From positions 356,748,001 through 356,812,000 of the forward strand of contig OZ024741.1 of the NCBI GenBank assembly GCA_964016885.1: a DNA stretch of 64,000 bases. Reading direction: 5' to 3'. This document shows positions 15,001 to 26,500 of the stretch, piece after piece. The position numbers and the translations under genes are program-made. Source of the stretch: Eledone cirrhosa. Taxonomy: Eukaryota. Positions within the stretch are counted from its first letter, which is position 1. Every line of letters begins with the position of its first letter. Under the pieces are notes generated by a model. The model was not told where the DNA came from. It ran no database searches and saw only the letters and a program-made list of their open reading frames with translations.

Positions 15001-18000
15001 AACAATAACACACACTCTATTTCCTTCATTTGGAAATATTGCTTCACAAAGGGACTGGTTTAAACCTTTAACCCTTTAGCATTTAAACTGGCGATATCCA
15101 GCCAGCATTCTCTCACCTTTTTCTATTCAAACTGGCTGTAACTAGCTGCTCATACTGATATTAAGGTATTGTTCTCAAAATCTTGTAGATTTGATATCAT
15201 GTTAGATAATTATGTAAGATAAAGCCTTTACCACAAAAATACAATAGTAAATATAGGGTTAATGTGTCAAATGACCAAAGAGGGAATAACTTTTCACAGA
15301 TAATATATCTCTGAGCCCCAAAATACAAGTCTCAGTTCCCTTCATTTGGAAATAATGTTGTGCAGAATGACTGGCAGATTTAGACCTTTAACCCTTTTAC
15401 CACCACACTTTTTCATGAAAGATACTACTTATGATTTTCAAATAATTTTGAAAATAATCAAAAATTTGGAGAGATTTAGTAATATAGGTAACTTTCCCAT
15501 TATTAAACTGGCTTGGAGCATAGCTTAAAGATTCTTACATAAAATTATGATGGAGGGGTTTTAGATAAATATGAACTACTTTAATTTGTAGGACCAGGGT
15601 ATAGTATTAAAAGAGTTAATGAGTCCCAAGGTCCTATCACCTAAGAGAGAATAACTCTTCAGAGTTAAAAATATCTCTGTGACACTAGTTAGTTATAAAT
15701 GTGGAAGCATATGACCTAGTGAATCGTATTTTAGACTGACCATAGATATGTCATTGATTTGATTCCTGCAATGGGTGACATGTTGTGTCTTTGAGTAAAA
15801 CACTTTATTTCACATTGCTCAAGTCTACCCAGCTGAAAAAAAAAATGAATACTAGCAACAACTGGAAATTAATCCTTTTACTTCAGTCACCTAACGCCAA
15901 TAAAACCAAAACCAGCTCTGGCCTTAAGATAGACGTTAATGTTTTAACTAACTAATTATAAATACTAAACTAGGCCTTACATAGTTGAGACATAACCAAG
16001 CAGACACCAAAAAAAAAAAATATAAAAAATAAAAAATCAAGCTTTTCACATGATTGAATAATTCTCAACAGTAAACCACATACCTCCTTTTTCTGTAGTG
16101 GCTTCCACAAGATTTGAAAAGCGATGAAGAAGAGGTTTTATGATATGTACCTAAAATATTTGAAAATCAAGATATTAGATTAAATAAAACTGCAAATACA
16201 TATATAATCCTCCTCAAACACATGTAACAGGGTGATACACAATTATAAACTAAATACATGTAAACGAAACTTCGTTTTTCTTAATATGATGCGCATGGAG
16301 AATGACCGATGGGTGAAGAAGTGCCAGGAAGTGCGAGTGGAGGGAAGACACAGTAGAGGTAGACCACAAAAAACATGGGCGGAGGTGGTGAGAGCAGACC
16401 TCAGATTGCTGAAACTCACCGAGGAGATGATGAAGGACTGTGACAAGTGGAGAGATGCTGTGCTGAATAGGACCCGTCCAACCCTTGCAAGCAGGGAAAA
16501 GCGGACGTGAAATGATGATGATATATATATAGAGAGAGCATTGGGCTTGCAATCGAAAGGTTGTGAGTTCAATTCTCAAACCGGGTGATGTGTTGTTTCC
16601 TTGAGCAAGACACTTTATTTCACATTGTTCCAGTTTACTCAGCTGTAGAAATGAGATGATAGGACTGGGGTCCCTATCATTCCACTGCAAAGTGGTCGTG
16701 GAGATGCCACGGCAAAAAAGCACCCAGCACTCACTGTAAATGAGGTTGGTGTCAGGAAGGGCATCCAGCTGTAGAAATCAAGCCAGAATCAGTTCCTGTC
16801 CCACCCTTGCAAGCAGGGAAAAGCGGACGTAAAATAATGATGATGATGATGACATATATATATATATATATATATAAATTGCAATAGGAAAAAGTAATTT
16901 GTTGAAAATTTCTTGGTATTTGTTTTAGCTTGCTGCACTCTGAGTTCAAATCCCACCAAGGTCAACTTTGCCTTTCATCCTTTCAAGATCAATAAAAAAA
17001 AAGTACCAGTCATGTACTGAGGTCGATTCTTCTTCTATATTTTTTTTTGCTCCCTCATTCTCTGGAAGAAATCAACTATATTCCGACCATGATAGGGATG
17101 TGCTCCGCCAGGCTTAAAATACTCAAGTGAGTCAAGTCAGTGCCTTTTACTTTACTTTTTACATTAGAAATATTCTAAAATATATTTATACTTCATTCAT
17201 GATTGTTGCAAGATGATGTTGATGAGTCCTCCGCCTGTTTTGCTGATGGTTCAATGAACTGTGCATCCAACTCCTGAATTAAAGTGTAAGTGGTTGAGTA
17301 TTCCACAGACGTGTATTCTTAACATAATTCCCAACCAAAATCAGCATGACACAATGTGACAAGGCTGAACCTTTGAATTACAGGTACAAACCATCTGACA
17401 GGCTTCCACGGTTTTTGTCTGCCCAATTTTACTCACAAGGCTTTAGTAAAGACACTAACCCAGGATGCCATGCAGTGGAATCCAACCTGGGAACGCACAG
17501 CTGTGAAGTGAACTTCTTAACCACTCAGCCATGCCAGCATCCTATTAATGTTGCATTACATACAATAATATTTACTGTATGAATGGTAGATAACTACTAT
17601 TGGTAATAGCTATTATTGAGTAAACGCAATAATTCTTAATCAAGCAAACTATGGCATGTGAGTACCTAATCATTGACATGCATGGTAGATTGAGATCATC
17701 AGAACTTTAGTGTTTGTTCAGCTGAAATAGTTGTCTTAGAAGAATGGTTCATAAAATGCTGGCCAGATGGTGCTATTGTTTAACCAAGATGGAGAGGTGG
17801 AGGTGATGTTACACCAGCATTACCAGGTGGTGGTGTTAAACAAGGATGGCTAGTGGTAGAAGTAATGGTTATACTAAACCACCGTAGTCAGGTAATTGTG
17901 GTGGTGTTAAGACATGATGGCCAAGTAGGATGTTTACATTAAACAAAATAAGGAGGGTGAGTTCCTAGAGAGATGATTTGTTTCAAATTTCCAAGTTGAG

Positions 18001-19220
18001 TAAATTAAATGGAACAATGCCAAAATGAAAATTTGAAAATGGACGCAAATGCAGCTATGAAAGTGAATACAAAATAGAGATTTATTAACAGCTATATATA
18101 CCTGTTTTTCTTCGAATGATTCAAAGAGAATAATAAAATCGTCCCAAAGTTTTGTGAGTTGTTGGGAATATTCATTTTCCCACCAAAATAATGGCACTGG
18201 ATGACTTTCTAAAATATAACACTTCAAATGTTCCTGACTTTGGTTACATATATCAACAATTCGTTTTAATAAATATATAGACTGTTTTCTAGCTAGAGAA
18301 TTACTTTGTCTAAAACCCTGTTGCAATAAATTCCAAAACAACGGGTCACGGCGCAGATCTAGGAATTTTTTACTTGGAATATCGTGTTTTACGGGAAACC
18401 AAACATCGGCCAGGGAACATAGAATAGTTAAAGGTTTACAATTATAAACTTCGTTTGAACAAGTTTCAGTTTCTTTTAAAATGTCGACAACAACTGACCA
18501 AAGGGCTTCAGTGTGTGAATTGTTATAATCACAAGATCGTATCATATTCTTCAATAATGTACAACTAATCTGACCGACTTGGGTTTCATCAAATACTTTT
18601 AAAGCTTCAATTAATACTGGATAAAGACAACGAACGATTTCTTGTATGATAGGAAGTTCGAAATTTACGATTGAAGCTTTCCTTAAAATTCTTTTTAAGG
18701 TTTCGACTACGATTCGAACATCAATAAACGTACATGTAGTTTGACATTTACTGTAAGCAGTTGGTTTTTCGTGGGTATAATGTAAAATTGACGCCTCAAA
18801 CATATGAATGATGTTATTTTGGGTTGAAAGAGGACATAAGTCAAGACATAAAATGAAAACATCACATAGCGGTGCCAGCTGTTCATAAGGTATACAAAAA
18901 CCAAGCGGTAAATTATGTTGAAATTGTAAAAGTTTTGAATAAAATTCATTTACAATATTACCTATAATAGATTTAATTGAATCATTAGATGGTGGACACT
19001 CGATGTTTTTATCTCGATATATTTGAATAATCCGATCAAGCGAAGGTGTAATTTGAAATAACTTCTCCAAACTAACGCTGGAAACTATACGTTCTGATAT
19101 CCGAGTTAAAAGTTGTACAATCAGCTCTGTGACAAGTGAATGGTCATTGGTATCGCTAGAATCATTTAATATATTTAGTGTCACTTGGAAAAGGTTTATT
19201 TCTGAATTGAGATTATCCAT
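540..19220 (-). CDS. TARBP1: TARBP1/Trm3-like tRNA (guanosine-18-2'-O)-methyltransferase, 5' part. Ten coding exons: 19220-18102, 16150-16084, 12502-12357, 11977-11925, 10706-10606, 8683-8548, 5479-5383, 4253-4055, 1918-1655, 658-540. The gene continues left of the window.
   Basis: Manual splicing gives a 2301-nt (767-codon) open frame with GT-AG introns and matching phases. Motifs FWNLLQQG..LARKQSIYLLKRIVD, LFWW..LWDDFIILFESFEEKQVHIIKP, LHSSW, WGPIPLVFLSRAL, RGATQCFL, REESLQHGNSLW and NTHAYLP match my recollection of vertebrate TARBP1 in order. The SpoU domain is expected outside the window. Confidence 0.9.
1655..1918 (-). CDS. TARBP1: TARBP1 exon 9 (TVTVIDGTEAIKIVR...NTHAYLPVGKAHRALHLLL)
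   Basis: tttttag acceptor, gtatg donor, phase 1->1. Confidence 0.87.
2297..2785 (-). mobile_element. RTE LINE 3' fragment with (ATG)n tail; a related copy lies on + at ~3085-3530
   Basis: Decayed WYGHVMHM..RGRPR pattern and tail CATGCAT..GGAAA...GATGATGATG. Confidence 0.7.
4055..4253 (-). CDS. TARBP1: TARBP1 exon 8 (ELVTPSEWAYCVSVFYREESLQHGNSLW...)
   Basis: ctag acceptor, gtaag donor, phase 0->1. Confidence 0.87.
5383..5479 (-). CDS. TARBP1: TARBP1 exon 7 (EIVVTCQRTVETYIRGATQCFLAEALINLLDF)
   Basis: cag acceptor, gtaag donor, phase 2->0. Confidence 0.88.
6210..7360 (+). mobile_element. Non-autonomous Helitron with an internal minisatellite (~7095-7232) and two 3'-end motifs
   Basis: A|TCTATATTAATAAAG 5' end; 3' motifs CCAAGCGAAGCTAGG..CAGCTA (~7259-7284) and GC-rich ...CCAGCTAG|T (7360); internal block shared with other Helitrons here. 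Confidence 0.65.
7545..7749 (-). mobile_element. Fold-back Penelope-like element remnant: 150-bp spacerless palindrome (7600-7749) plus ~55-bp tail, inserted in (TA)n
   Basis: Arms are reverse complements around atta|taat; same family as 29191-29768 and 62898-63095. Confidence 0.7.
7756..8030 (+). mobile_element. tRNA-derived SINE family B (other copies at ~10215-10475 -, 15700-15935, 16540-16850, 28315-28430, 43650-43985 -, 57120-57270)
   Basis: A box TGGCCTAGTGG, B box GGTTCGATTCC, core TGTGTYCTTGAGYAARACACTTTATTTCAC. Confidence 0.8.
8090..8280 (-). mobile_element. tRNA-derived SINE family A, full copy. About 18 copies/fragments in the window, e.g. 10760-10965, 19755-20000, 23250-23437, 23450-23575, 28750-28942, 58090-58250, 60493-60680, 60691-60872, 61004-61120, 61455-61633, 61845-62028, 63586-63776.
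   Basis: Head GGCGGTGGATTGGCAGTATCGG, B box GAGTTCAAATCC, core TTTGCCTTTCATCCTTACGGGGTCGATAAAATAAAGTACCAG, (ATT)n tail. Confidence 0.85.
8548..8683 (-). CDS. TARBP1: TARBP1 exon 6 (TFFCKVLNTMNSRTWGPIPLVFLSRAL...)
   Basis: ttttcag acceptor, gtaag donor, phase 1->2. Confidence 0.88.
9481..9682. mobile_element. piggyBac-type MITE (copies at 12811-13030, 14630-14823, ~15071-15260, 44443-44668); a second related AT-rich family at ~3785-4035, 4418-4670, 15392-15615
   Basis: TTAA|CCCTTTA...TAAAGGG|TTAA termini with TTAA target duplication. Confidence 0.8.
10606..10706 (-). CDS. TARBP1: TARBP1 exon 5 (EPDTNFGSCPKIGDSLVHFF...)
   Basis: ttttcag acceptor, gtaag donor, phase 2->1. Confidence 0.86.
11925..11977 (-). 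CDS. TARBP1: TARBP1 exon 4 (YFSGKFLGSLKEIKLYGR)
   Basis: ttctag acceptor, gtatg donor, phase 0->2. Confidence 0.82.
12357..12502 (-). CDS. TARBP1: TARBP1 exon 3 (SLLHSSWLLVLISRCLFHEN...QDEES)
   Basis: AG acceptor, gtgagt donor, phase 1->0. Confidence 0.87.
13873..14030. mobile_element. Tc1/pogo(Tigger)-type MITE
   Basis: TA|CAGTGAAATT..TTATAACGAA ... TTCGTTATAACGGAATTTTAACTG|TA terminal inverted repeats with TA duplication. Confidence 0.75.
16084..16150 (-). CDS. TARBP1: TARBP1 exon 2 (VHIIKPLLHRFSNLVEATTEKG)
   Basis: tttag acceptor, gtatg donor, phase 0->1. Confidence 0.88.
16288..16522 (+). mobile_element. RTE LINE 3' end
   Basis: MRMENDRWVKKC..RGRPQKTWAEVVRADL..DKWR followed by tail and (ATG)n. 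Confidence 0.8.
18102..19220 (-). CDS. TARBP1: TARBP1 coding exon 1 (373 codons)
   Basis: Long ORF from ATG 19220; donor GT after ...EEKQ. The ORF-track extension to 17934 is intron read-through. Confidence 0.88.
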
Positions 19221-20147
19221 GGCTTTAATTTCATGAAATGAACCCAGAGCGAAAACAAGACAACATATATAGTAAACACACTACGCTAGTCACGAATATA
19301 AATATCTAAACAAAATTGTTTTCATATAATAATAATTATAATAAAAATTCTAAACTTTTTCATTAATTTGAAGCTTTGTTAGGATAAAAACAAATTATAA
19401 AACACGTGTATTGCCAAATTTGTGTTGCTGGAATAGGTGTAAGACACGTTGCTAGCCATGCGTTGGAACTCTTCAACGCGAAGATTAAGAATTAAATGGT
19501 GATTTCCGTCTTGTCTGCAACAAAACTAATTTGCATATTTCGTGTTTATGTCTCAAACATATATCGACTTCTTAAACTTTTCTATATTAATTATGAAATG
19601 CTAAAATGTCTCTGTTGTTACTGTTGATGATCCACGGTAAGTTATACGGAAGCAGACGACTCGTGGCAGGGAGGTAACTGTTCGTACATTTGACAAAAAA
19701 TAAGTGTGTGTGTGTGTGTACACATACAATCAATTAGTGTTTTATCTTATTATTGGCAGTATTAGTAGAGCATCGGATATGCTTTGCAGCATAGAGTTAC
19801 AGCCCTTTATGCTCTGAGTTCAAATCCCGCCGATGTTAGCTTTATGGGGGTCGACAAAATAAAGAACCAGTAACGTAATTGTTGGTTTTGTGCTTCAATC
19901 AGAAACAATTATTTGTTTCATCCTTACGGGATCGATAAATTAAAGTACCAGTAATACACTAGGATAATTGCTGGCCTTGTGCCAAAAGTAGACATAATTA
20001 TTTGTAAACTATAGATTGCTTGAAATGACACACAAATGCCATAGCTGTCAAAAATCAACACATACACTCATATCTCTATTAATTACATAAATATTTCACA
20101 TGAAAATATAGAATCAAAACGAAAGGAAATATTGAGTCAATACTAAG

Positions 20148-20538
20148 TGTATCAATCGACCACACACTACAGGGGGTGCAACAGACAAAGAACAGATACC
20201 CCAAAACATCCTGTCTACTCGGTCACTTTCCGATAGGTTTGCGGTCGAGCCCGTAGCAGTGGAGCTGCTGGGTTCTTGGCCCTAGGGCTACCTCCCTACT
20301 CACCACCATCGGCACAGAGTTCGCTACCTCCGGGAAAATGCCTTCTCTGCGGGGCGGCCAACGCGTGGGCTCCCATTTACTCGTAATAGTGAGAGATGAG
20401 GAGAGCGGGAGAGACGGGGGGAGTTTGGTTCCTTTGTGTTCGGACTTGGTGTATATATGTATTTATTTATTTACAACACCACGTGTAACATGTTTTCTTA
20501 TTATCAACGACTCTCCGTTCCTAATACGTCTTACTACA
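20148..20538. mobile_element. Probable solo LTR
   Basis: GC-richer 391-bp block bounded by TGTA...TACA, flanks TAAG/TAAA (imperfect 4-bp TSD). Confidence 0.45.
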
Positions 20539-21088
20539 TAAAATACCTATTTACCAATAGAATAAAGATTAAAATGAAATTCTTAAAATTAAGAATATTT
20601 CAGTCAACTCTGTAGATATTTCAAACGTTTCGTTATTACAAATGCAAAATTGCAACAAGAAGGATCAAAATTACTCAGAACAAGCACAACTAAATTGGTG
20701 CCATAAAACGATGTTATAAATTTAGAAAAATACATCTTAGTTAACAATGATTTCTAAATTAGGCACAAGGCCAAGAGTTTGGGAATGGTGACAATTTTTT
20801 TTAATCAACCCCAATACTTGTCTGGTACTTCATTTATTGATCCCAGAGGGATGAAACACTAAGCTGACCTCGGTGGGATATGAACTCATGATGTAGAAAG
20901 TTGTAAATAAATTAAAACATAATATATAAAATTTTAGATATTCAATAATTGTTTCTACTTTAGGCACAAGGCCAGCAATTACCCAGTGCATTACTGGTAC
21001 TAATGATGGCACATTTTATTTTTTAATTTCATCACCACATACTGAAGTGAAACAAATAGGTTTCTTTCTCTAACGCTTAAGATAGATT

Positions 21089-21620
21089 TGTAGCGGCCCC
21101 TTACGGCTGTAACTCAGCACGTATAGGAGTTACGTCCCTTTGTGACGGTCGCGACTCCCAGTGGCAGATACGTATAGGAGTTGCGTCCCTTTGTGACGGT
21201 CGCGACTCCCAGTGGCAGATACGTATAGGAGTTGCGTCCCTTTGTGACGGTCGCGACTGCCAGTGGCAGATCCATGTACTAAATGGAGTTGCGTCCTCCT
21301 GGGGACTATATATTTGAGAACGTGAGGCAATTCTTTCTCACTTCCTTCGCCCGCAACAAGAACACTTCAGACCTTGTCAAGAGATGACTCCTGTCTCACT
21401 TCCTGCGACGGCAGCCTAAAGAAACACTTGAACCTTACCAAGAGAAGATTTCTGTTCTTCTCCACACACTCCAGTCTGGGAGTTGTGACCAACTGACCAT
21501 CAACATGTGGTAACAATTATTTATATCAATTTATTTGACTTCTGTGAAGTAAAACCATGTCACAACACTCACCTGCAATTATTGTCATTCTTAAATATAC
21601 ACTGATACTAATATCCTAAA
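21089..21620 (+). mobile_element. Gypsy solo LTR (TGTAG...CTAAA) with three 51-bp tandem repeats
   Basis: 4-bp TSD GATT at 21085-88 and 21621-24; near-identical to the LTR at 54719-55156. Confidence 0.85.
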
Positions 21621-23589
21621 GATTCTTGCAATAAATACGTCTAAATCAAACGATTTTTCATGGACTCCTAAAATACTGCTGTGGATCCCCAATTTATTAT
21701 TTTGCTTGCATGGACTCCAAAAACAATTTATATGGACCCACAAGGGCTATGTGGACCTCAGTTGAGAGCCATTAATCAAGACGATCAGTTTCATTTATAT
21801 TTATCTCAAAATGAAGAGATAATTCAAGGTTTAGAGCATCATTATAATTAACTATTTTTTTTTTACTATGTTTCTCATGAAAGACACTACATAAACATTT
21901 CAAATAATTTTGAAAATAATGAAGAATTTGAAGATATTTAGTAATATAGCTAATTTTCCTCATTATATATATCTGGTGTTTCGAGCATAACTTATGAAAG
22001 GTTCTTGCATAAAAATTTAGATATAAAAGTTCTTTACATTTTGAATGAAATGTTGATAATTTAAAGAGTTAGAAAAATTCTGATACATCATCTCTAATTG
22101 AAATAATCTCCGCAGCTTTGTATTTCTATGTGGTTGTTTAGCTGGTATACATATATGATGAGAAGCCGAAAAGGTTTGAAAATCAATTAAAGTTTTTAAC
22201 CATTTTTCAATTTACAAAAAAATACAGAGATTTGGCATATTTACATGTCTAGATACTCAATGTGCAAATTTACATACAGATTTTGAAAATAAAGTTTATA
22301 GCAATTAACTATGGTTACAATTATTTTCTGCATTTGCGATTTCTACATTTTCTAAGAATATCCCACATCCACGCCCTATCCACTTGAACACCGACACACA
22401 TGCACCAATGTCCCCACACCACACGGATATACTCAAATGCACATATAGATACATTACACATACAGCAAAGAACTTACTAATAAGCACATGCATAGAAACA
22501 GACACATATCTGCACATGTACACACATATTCTCACTTAGCATTATACATTGTTGCGCTGCTATGACGATGCAACAGTTGTTATATGTTTATTTTCATTCC
22601 TGTTATTTCACCTTTTGGAATTAGGTTGTTTTTTCACATATATTTTTTATATATATATTTGATACACACACGGACAAACCACACACTTATACGATGTTAA
22701 TACACCCAAACAAACATACACACCACCACGAACAATGTGTATATCACTCCAACAACATATACACACAAAGAAGAATTAAATACAAAACCCACACTCAAAT
22801 CGCCCTTTTTTAAAATCCATTTTTTAATCTTTGAACCTCATCTTTGTGTTTCCTCTGCTCCCGATACATTGAACTTTCCTTTTCTTCTCTTTCAAACGTA
22901 TAACTAATAAGACTATTGTTATTGTCTCAATATGTCATATTTTTTTTAATTAGCTTAACGCTACCTTAGTGCTACTGCCAATTAATTATAGCCAACCAAG
23001 ACCGCACTACATGCAAACGAACATTTACAGCCGAAGTTTTCTATTTGCTATATACAAATGAGCATCCTTAGCACATGATCATCAGGCAAAATCTATATAG
23101 GCTCTAATTTATTTTCATCTAACTACGGGTTAAATGAATATCATTGAAAAAAGATTAACGAATCTTGAAACAGCTACTAAACCTTCTTTTGCTGAGATAT
23201 CTGTGTGACATCTTCACAGCAAAAAAAAAAAAAAATAATAATAATAATAATAATAATTGTTTCTACTTTAGGCACAAGGCCAGCAATTACCCAGTGCATT
23301 ACTGGTACTTTATTTTATCGACCCCCGTAAGGATGAAAAGCAAAGTCAACCTCGGCGGGATTTGAACTCAGATCGTAAAGGGACGTAACTACGCTGGAAA
23401 GCATGGCGTCCGACCCTCTACCGATACTGCCAATCCAAATAATAATAATAATAATTGTTTCAACTTTTGGCACAAGGCCAACAATTTCTCAGTACATTAC
23501 TGGTACTTTATGTTATCGACCCCGTAAGGATGAAAGGCAAAGTTAACCTTGGCGCGATTTGAACTCAGAATGGCAAATAATAATAAATG

Positions 23590-26500
23590 CTTTCTTTCTT
23601 TATTAACCACAAGGTTGACACAAAGTATAACATTAAGGACAACACAGGACAATGCAGGACGGTACAAATGGGCATTTCTGCGTGTAAAAAAAAACAAAAG
23701 CAGAGGATGTGACAAAAAGAAACAATGAAAAATTCCTCAATAGGGGGGGGGGGGGACTTCCGAGGGTCGCTCATGGAGAAAGCCCACAAAAAAGCCACGG
23801 TGACCCTGACCACTCGGGCAAGTGCCCTCTTCCAGTTTTCCTCTCACGATGCTACAGGCACACGCTCAGGGTAGGCCCATTCACACGGGTCATTCTTGCT
23901 TCTCTCACCCACCTTTCAACAAACTGGCTGGAAGGCAGCACTTCCCTCTCCACCCCGATGTTCCTTTTCAGGTGAAACCTGAAAAAGTTACTGAGGGCGT
24001 CACCGAAGAGCAAAGTACCCGTCTTCAACCATTTCAGACGTGTCCACCATACGATCTCTTTTACCATGGCCATCAGGCAGATAAAAACTGCCTGCCTTTC
24101 CCGGCTAAATGAAGGCGGCGGGGCAATCCTCACGATGAAATCAGCTGATAGCCGGATCCGTCCTACACGCGACAGCAGGTATTCGACATAAACCCACAAG
24201 TAAGCAATGCTCGGACACTGGACGAGTGCATGCAGGACGGATTCGTCGCCCTGCGCGCATCTAGGACAGGCCCGGCTGACGGCACTTCCATGCCTGTAGA
24301 GTTTATCCCGAACTGGCAAGGCTCCTCGGTAGCACTGCCAGGTCAGGGATTTCTGGAAGTTGTCCATGGGCCCCGGGCCGAAAGTTCTCCCGAAGAGATT
24401 GGCTTTTTGATTTTCGTCGGCGCCCAGAGTCTCCCCAAGGACGTCGTCGCTGTTTCCCTCCACTAACCCTCTATAGAACGCCAAGGTGGAGTTTCCACCG
24501 ATGGCATTTCCCGACTGGTCGAGGGCTGTAAGCGCCTGAAGACATTTCAGTCTCCAAGCGCTCCCTCTTGGTCTTCGCTTGACCCAGGACTGCAGCTCCG
24601 TCAAGGAAACGAGCTGGGGAAACCCGCCTCTAGCAAAGGGCGACCACACCTGATCACCGTCGAGGAAGAGGTGGAAATGCCGTAGCCTGAGCGCATGTCT
24701 GCGCATCATCAGCCACGTCATGCCCAGCCCTCCACGTAGAGGGTGTTGACAGCAGATGAACCGCCTGACCATCGGAGCACGCCCCTTCCACAAAAAACGA
24801 AAGAGCAAACTCTCCAGCGTAGTCAGGCGAGGCTTAGGACAGGGCACGACGGCCAGGTGGTAGTAGATGACGGACGCGATGTACGCGTTCGCCACCTCCA
24901 CTCGATCTTTCAGGGATAGCTTCCTATCGGCCCATTTCTGGGTAAGAGAAGCCACCCTGCTTGTCACCTCGTCCCAGTTTTTGTCCGTCTGGAGGTCCAG
25001 ACCGAACCAGACCCCTAGCAATTTAACCGACCCGTCCGTCCAATGCCCGACGACGCTGTTGGACGGCATGGACTTGCCTCTCCAGGTGCCGAGTTGCAGG
25101 CTCACCGACTTTTCCTGGTTGATCATTGCTCCTGTCACCGCCTCGTATTATCTTAGTATGGAGCCGATCGCCTCGATGTGTTTGGCGTTCGACACCACTA
25201 GGGTGACGTCGTCTGCATATGCTGACATGGTTCTTCCGCATCCCAGTTCGCACGGGACCCCTCCCCTTCCTCAACGTCTTCAGTTTGAGCAGTAATGGCT
25301 CGAGAGTCAATACGTAGAAGAGGGATGAGAGAGGACTTCATTGGTGGATCGAGCGCAAGATGTTGAACGGTTTCGAAAGGTGACCGTTCACTCTCACCAC
25401 AGAGCAGATTTCGCTGTGCATGGCAGCAATCCAGCCTCTGAAGACACCAGAGAGCTATGGTCGACCCTATCGAAAGCTTTCGACTGATCTAAATTGATCA
25501 AGGACCCACCCGTGCCAGGTTCCCTAGCTACCCTCTCTACGATGTATCGCATGAGATGGGGGTTGTCTTTATGGAATGGCGCATGTCTGCGCCTCTCCCA
25601 CCAGACCACCGACGACAAGCGCCAACCTTAGCCAAAATCTTGAACTCTGTGTTTACCAGTTAGGGGCCGGAAATTATCTATGTTATCCCTCTTGTTCGGA
25701 TCCTTTCTCAGCAGCGTCACCACTCCTCGGCTCACAGAGCTGGGAATTCTCCCGTTCTGCTGCCAGTTGCAGTAGACGCTCGCCAAGAGATCTCTGAACA
25801 ATTCTGGGATATGTACGTAAAGTTCGTAGGGCAGACCATCCAAACCAGGCGATTTACCCATTGTGCAACTGTCATTGCCTCCCGTACTTCAGCAGCTGTT
25901 ATCGGCCTTTCGCAACACTCCGCCTCAGTGGCTGAGAGCTGCGGCAGTCCGTCGAGGTTGGCACTAAAGTCCATCCCGCATCCGCGATCCCGCGGTCCAT
26001 TGCTCCCGAACAGCTAAGCAAAGTGCTGCCGAAAAGCTACACACATTTGCCCGTGATCGAGTAGCATGCGCCCGTCATGGTCCGCCAAAGAGCGGATCGT
26101 GGCTTTGTTGCCACGACGCGTCTCCGCCACTCGCGCCCATCGAACGGCTTTCGTCCCCTTGTGTCTGAGAGCACGCACCCTAGCTCTGACAATGCAGCCT
26201 TCGTGCTTTGCGTTGAAAAATTGGTCGAGAGCCAATATTGCCGCAAGCACGTCGGTTGCGATGCCTTTACTAAGCGCCTTGTCTAATTTTCTAACTAGTT
26301 CTCCCTCTGCTCTATTTTTCTCTATTACTAACGCATTACTACACCTAATGGACTCTATTCTAATCGCTCTTTTCAGGGCAAACCACCATTTGTTGTTGAC
26401 GATGGTCCCCGTCAACACCCGCTTAACTAATTCGCTAATCCGGTCTCTGTAAGCTTTGCGCGCTGTTAACGACGCGTTTAGCTTCCAGTAGCCGGGTCTC

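Noticed and set aside
17750-17930. Degenerate GGTGGTGTTA-containing repeats
   Set aside because: Low-complexity intronic minisatellite with no further structure
17934-18101. C-terminal 55 aa of the 428-aa ORF
   Set aside because: Intron read-through; TARBP1 homology continues at exon 2 after the donor at 18101
21120-21300. 51-bp tandem repeats as a CRISPR array or repeat protein (SATGSRDRHKGTQLLYV)
   Set aside because: No unique spacers, eukaryotic context, lies inside a Gypsy LTR
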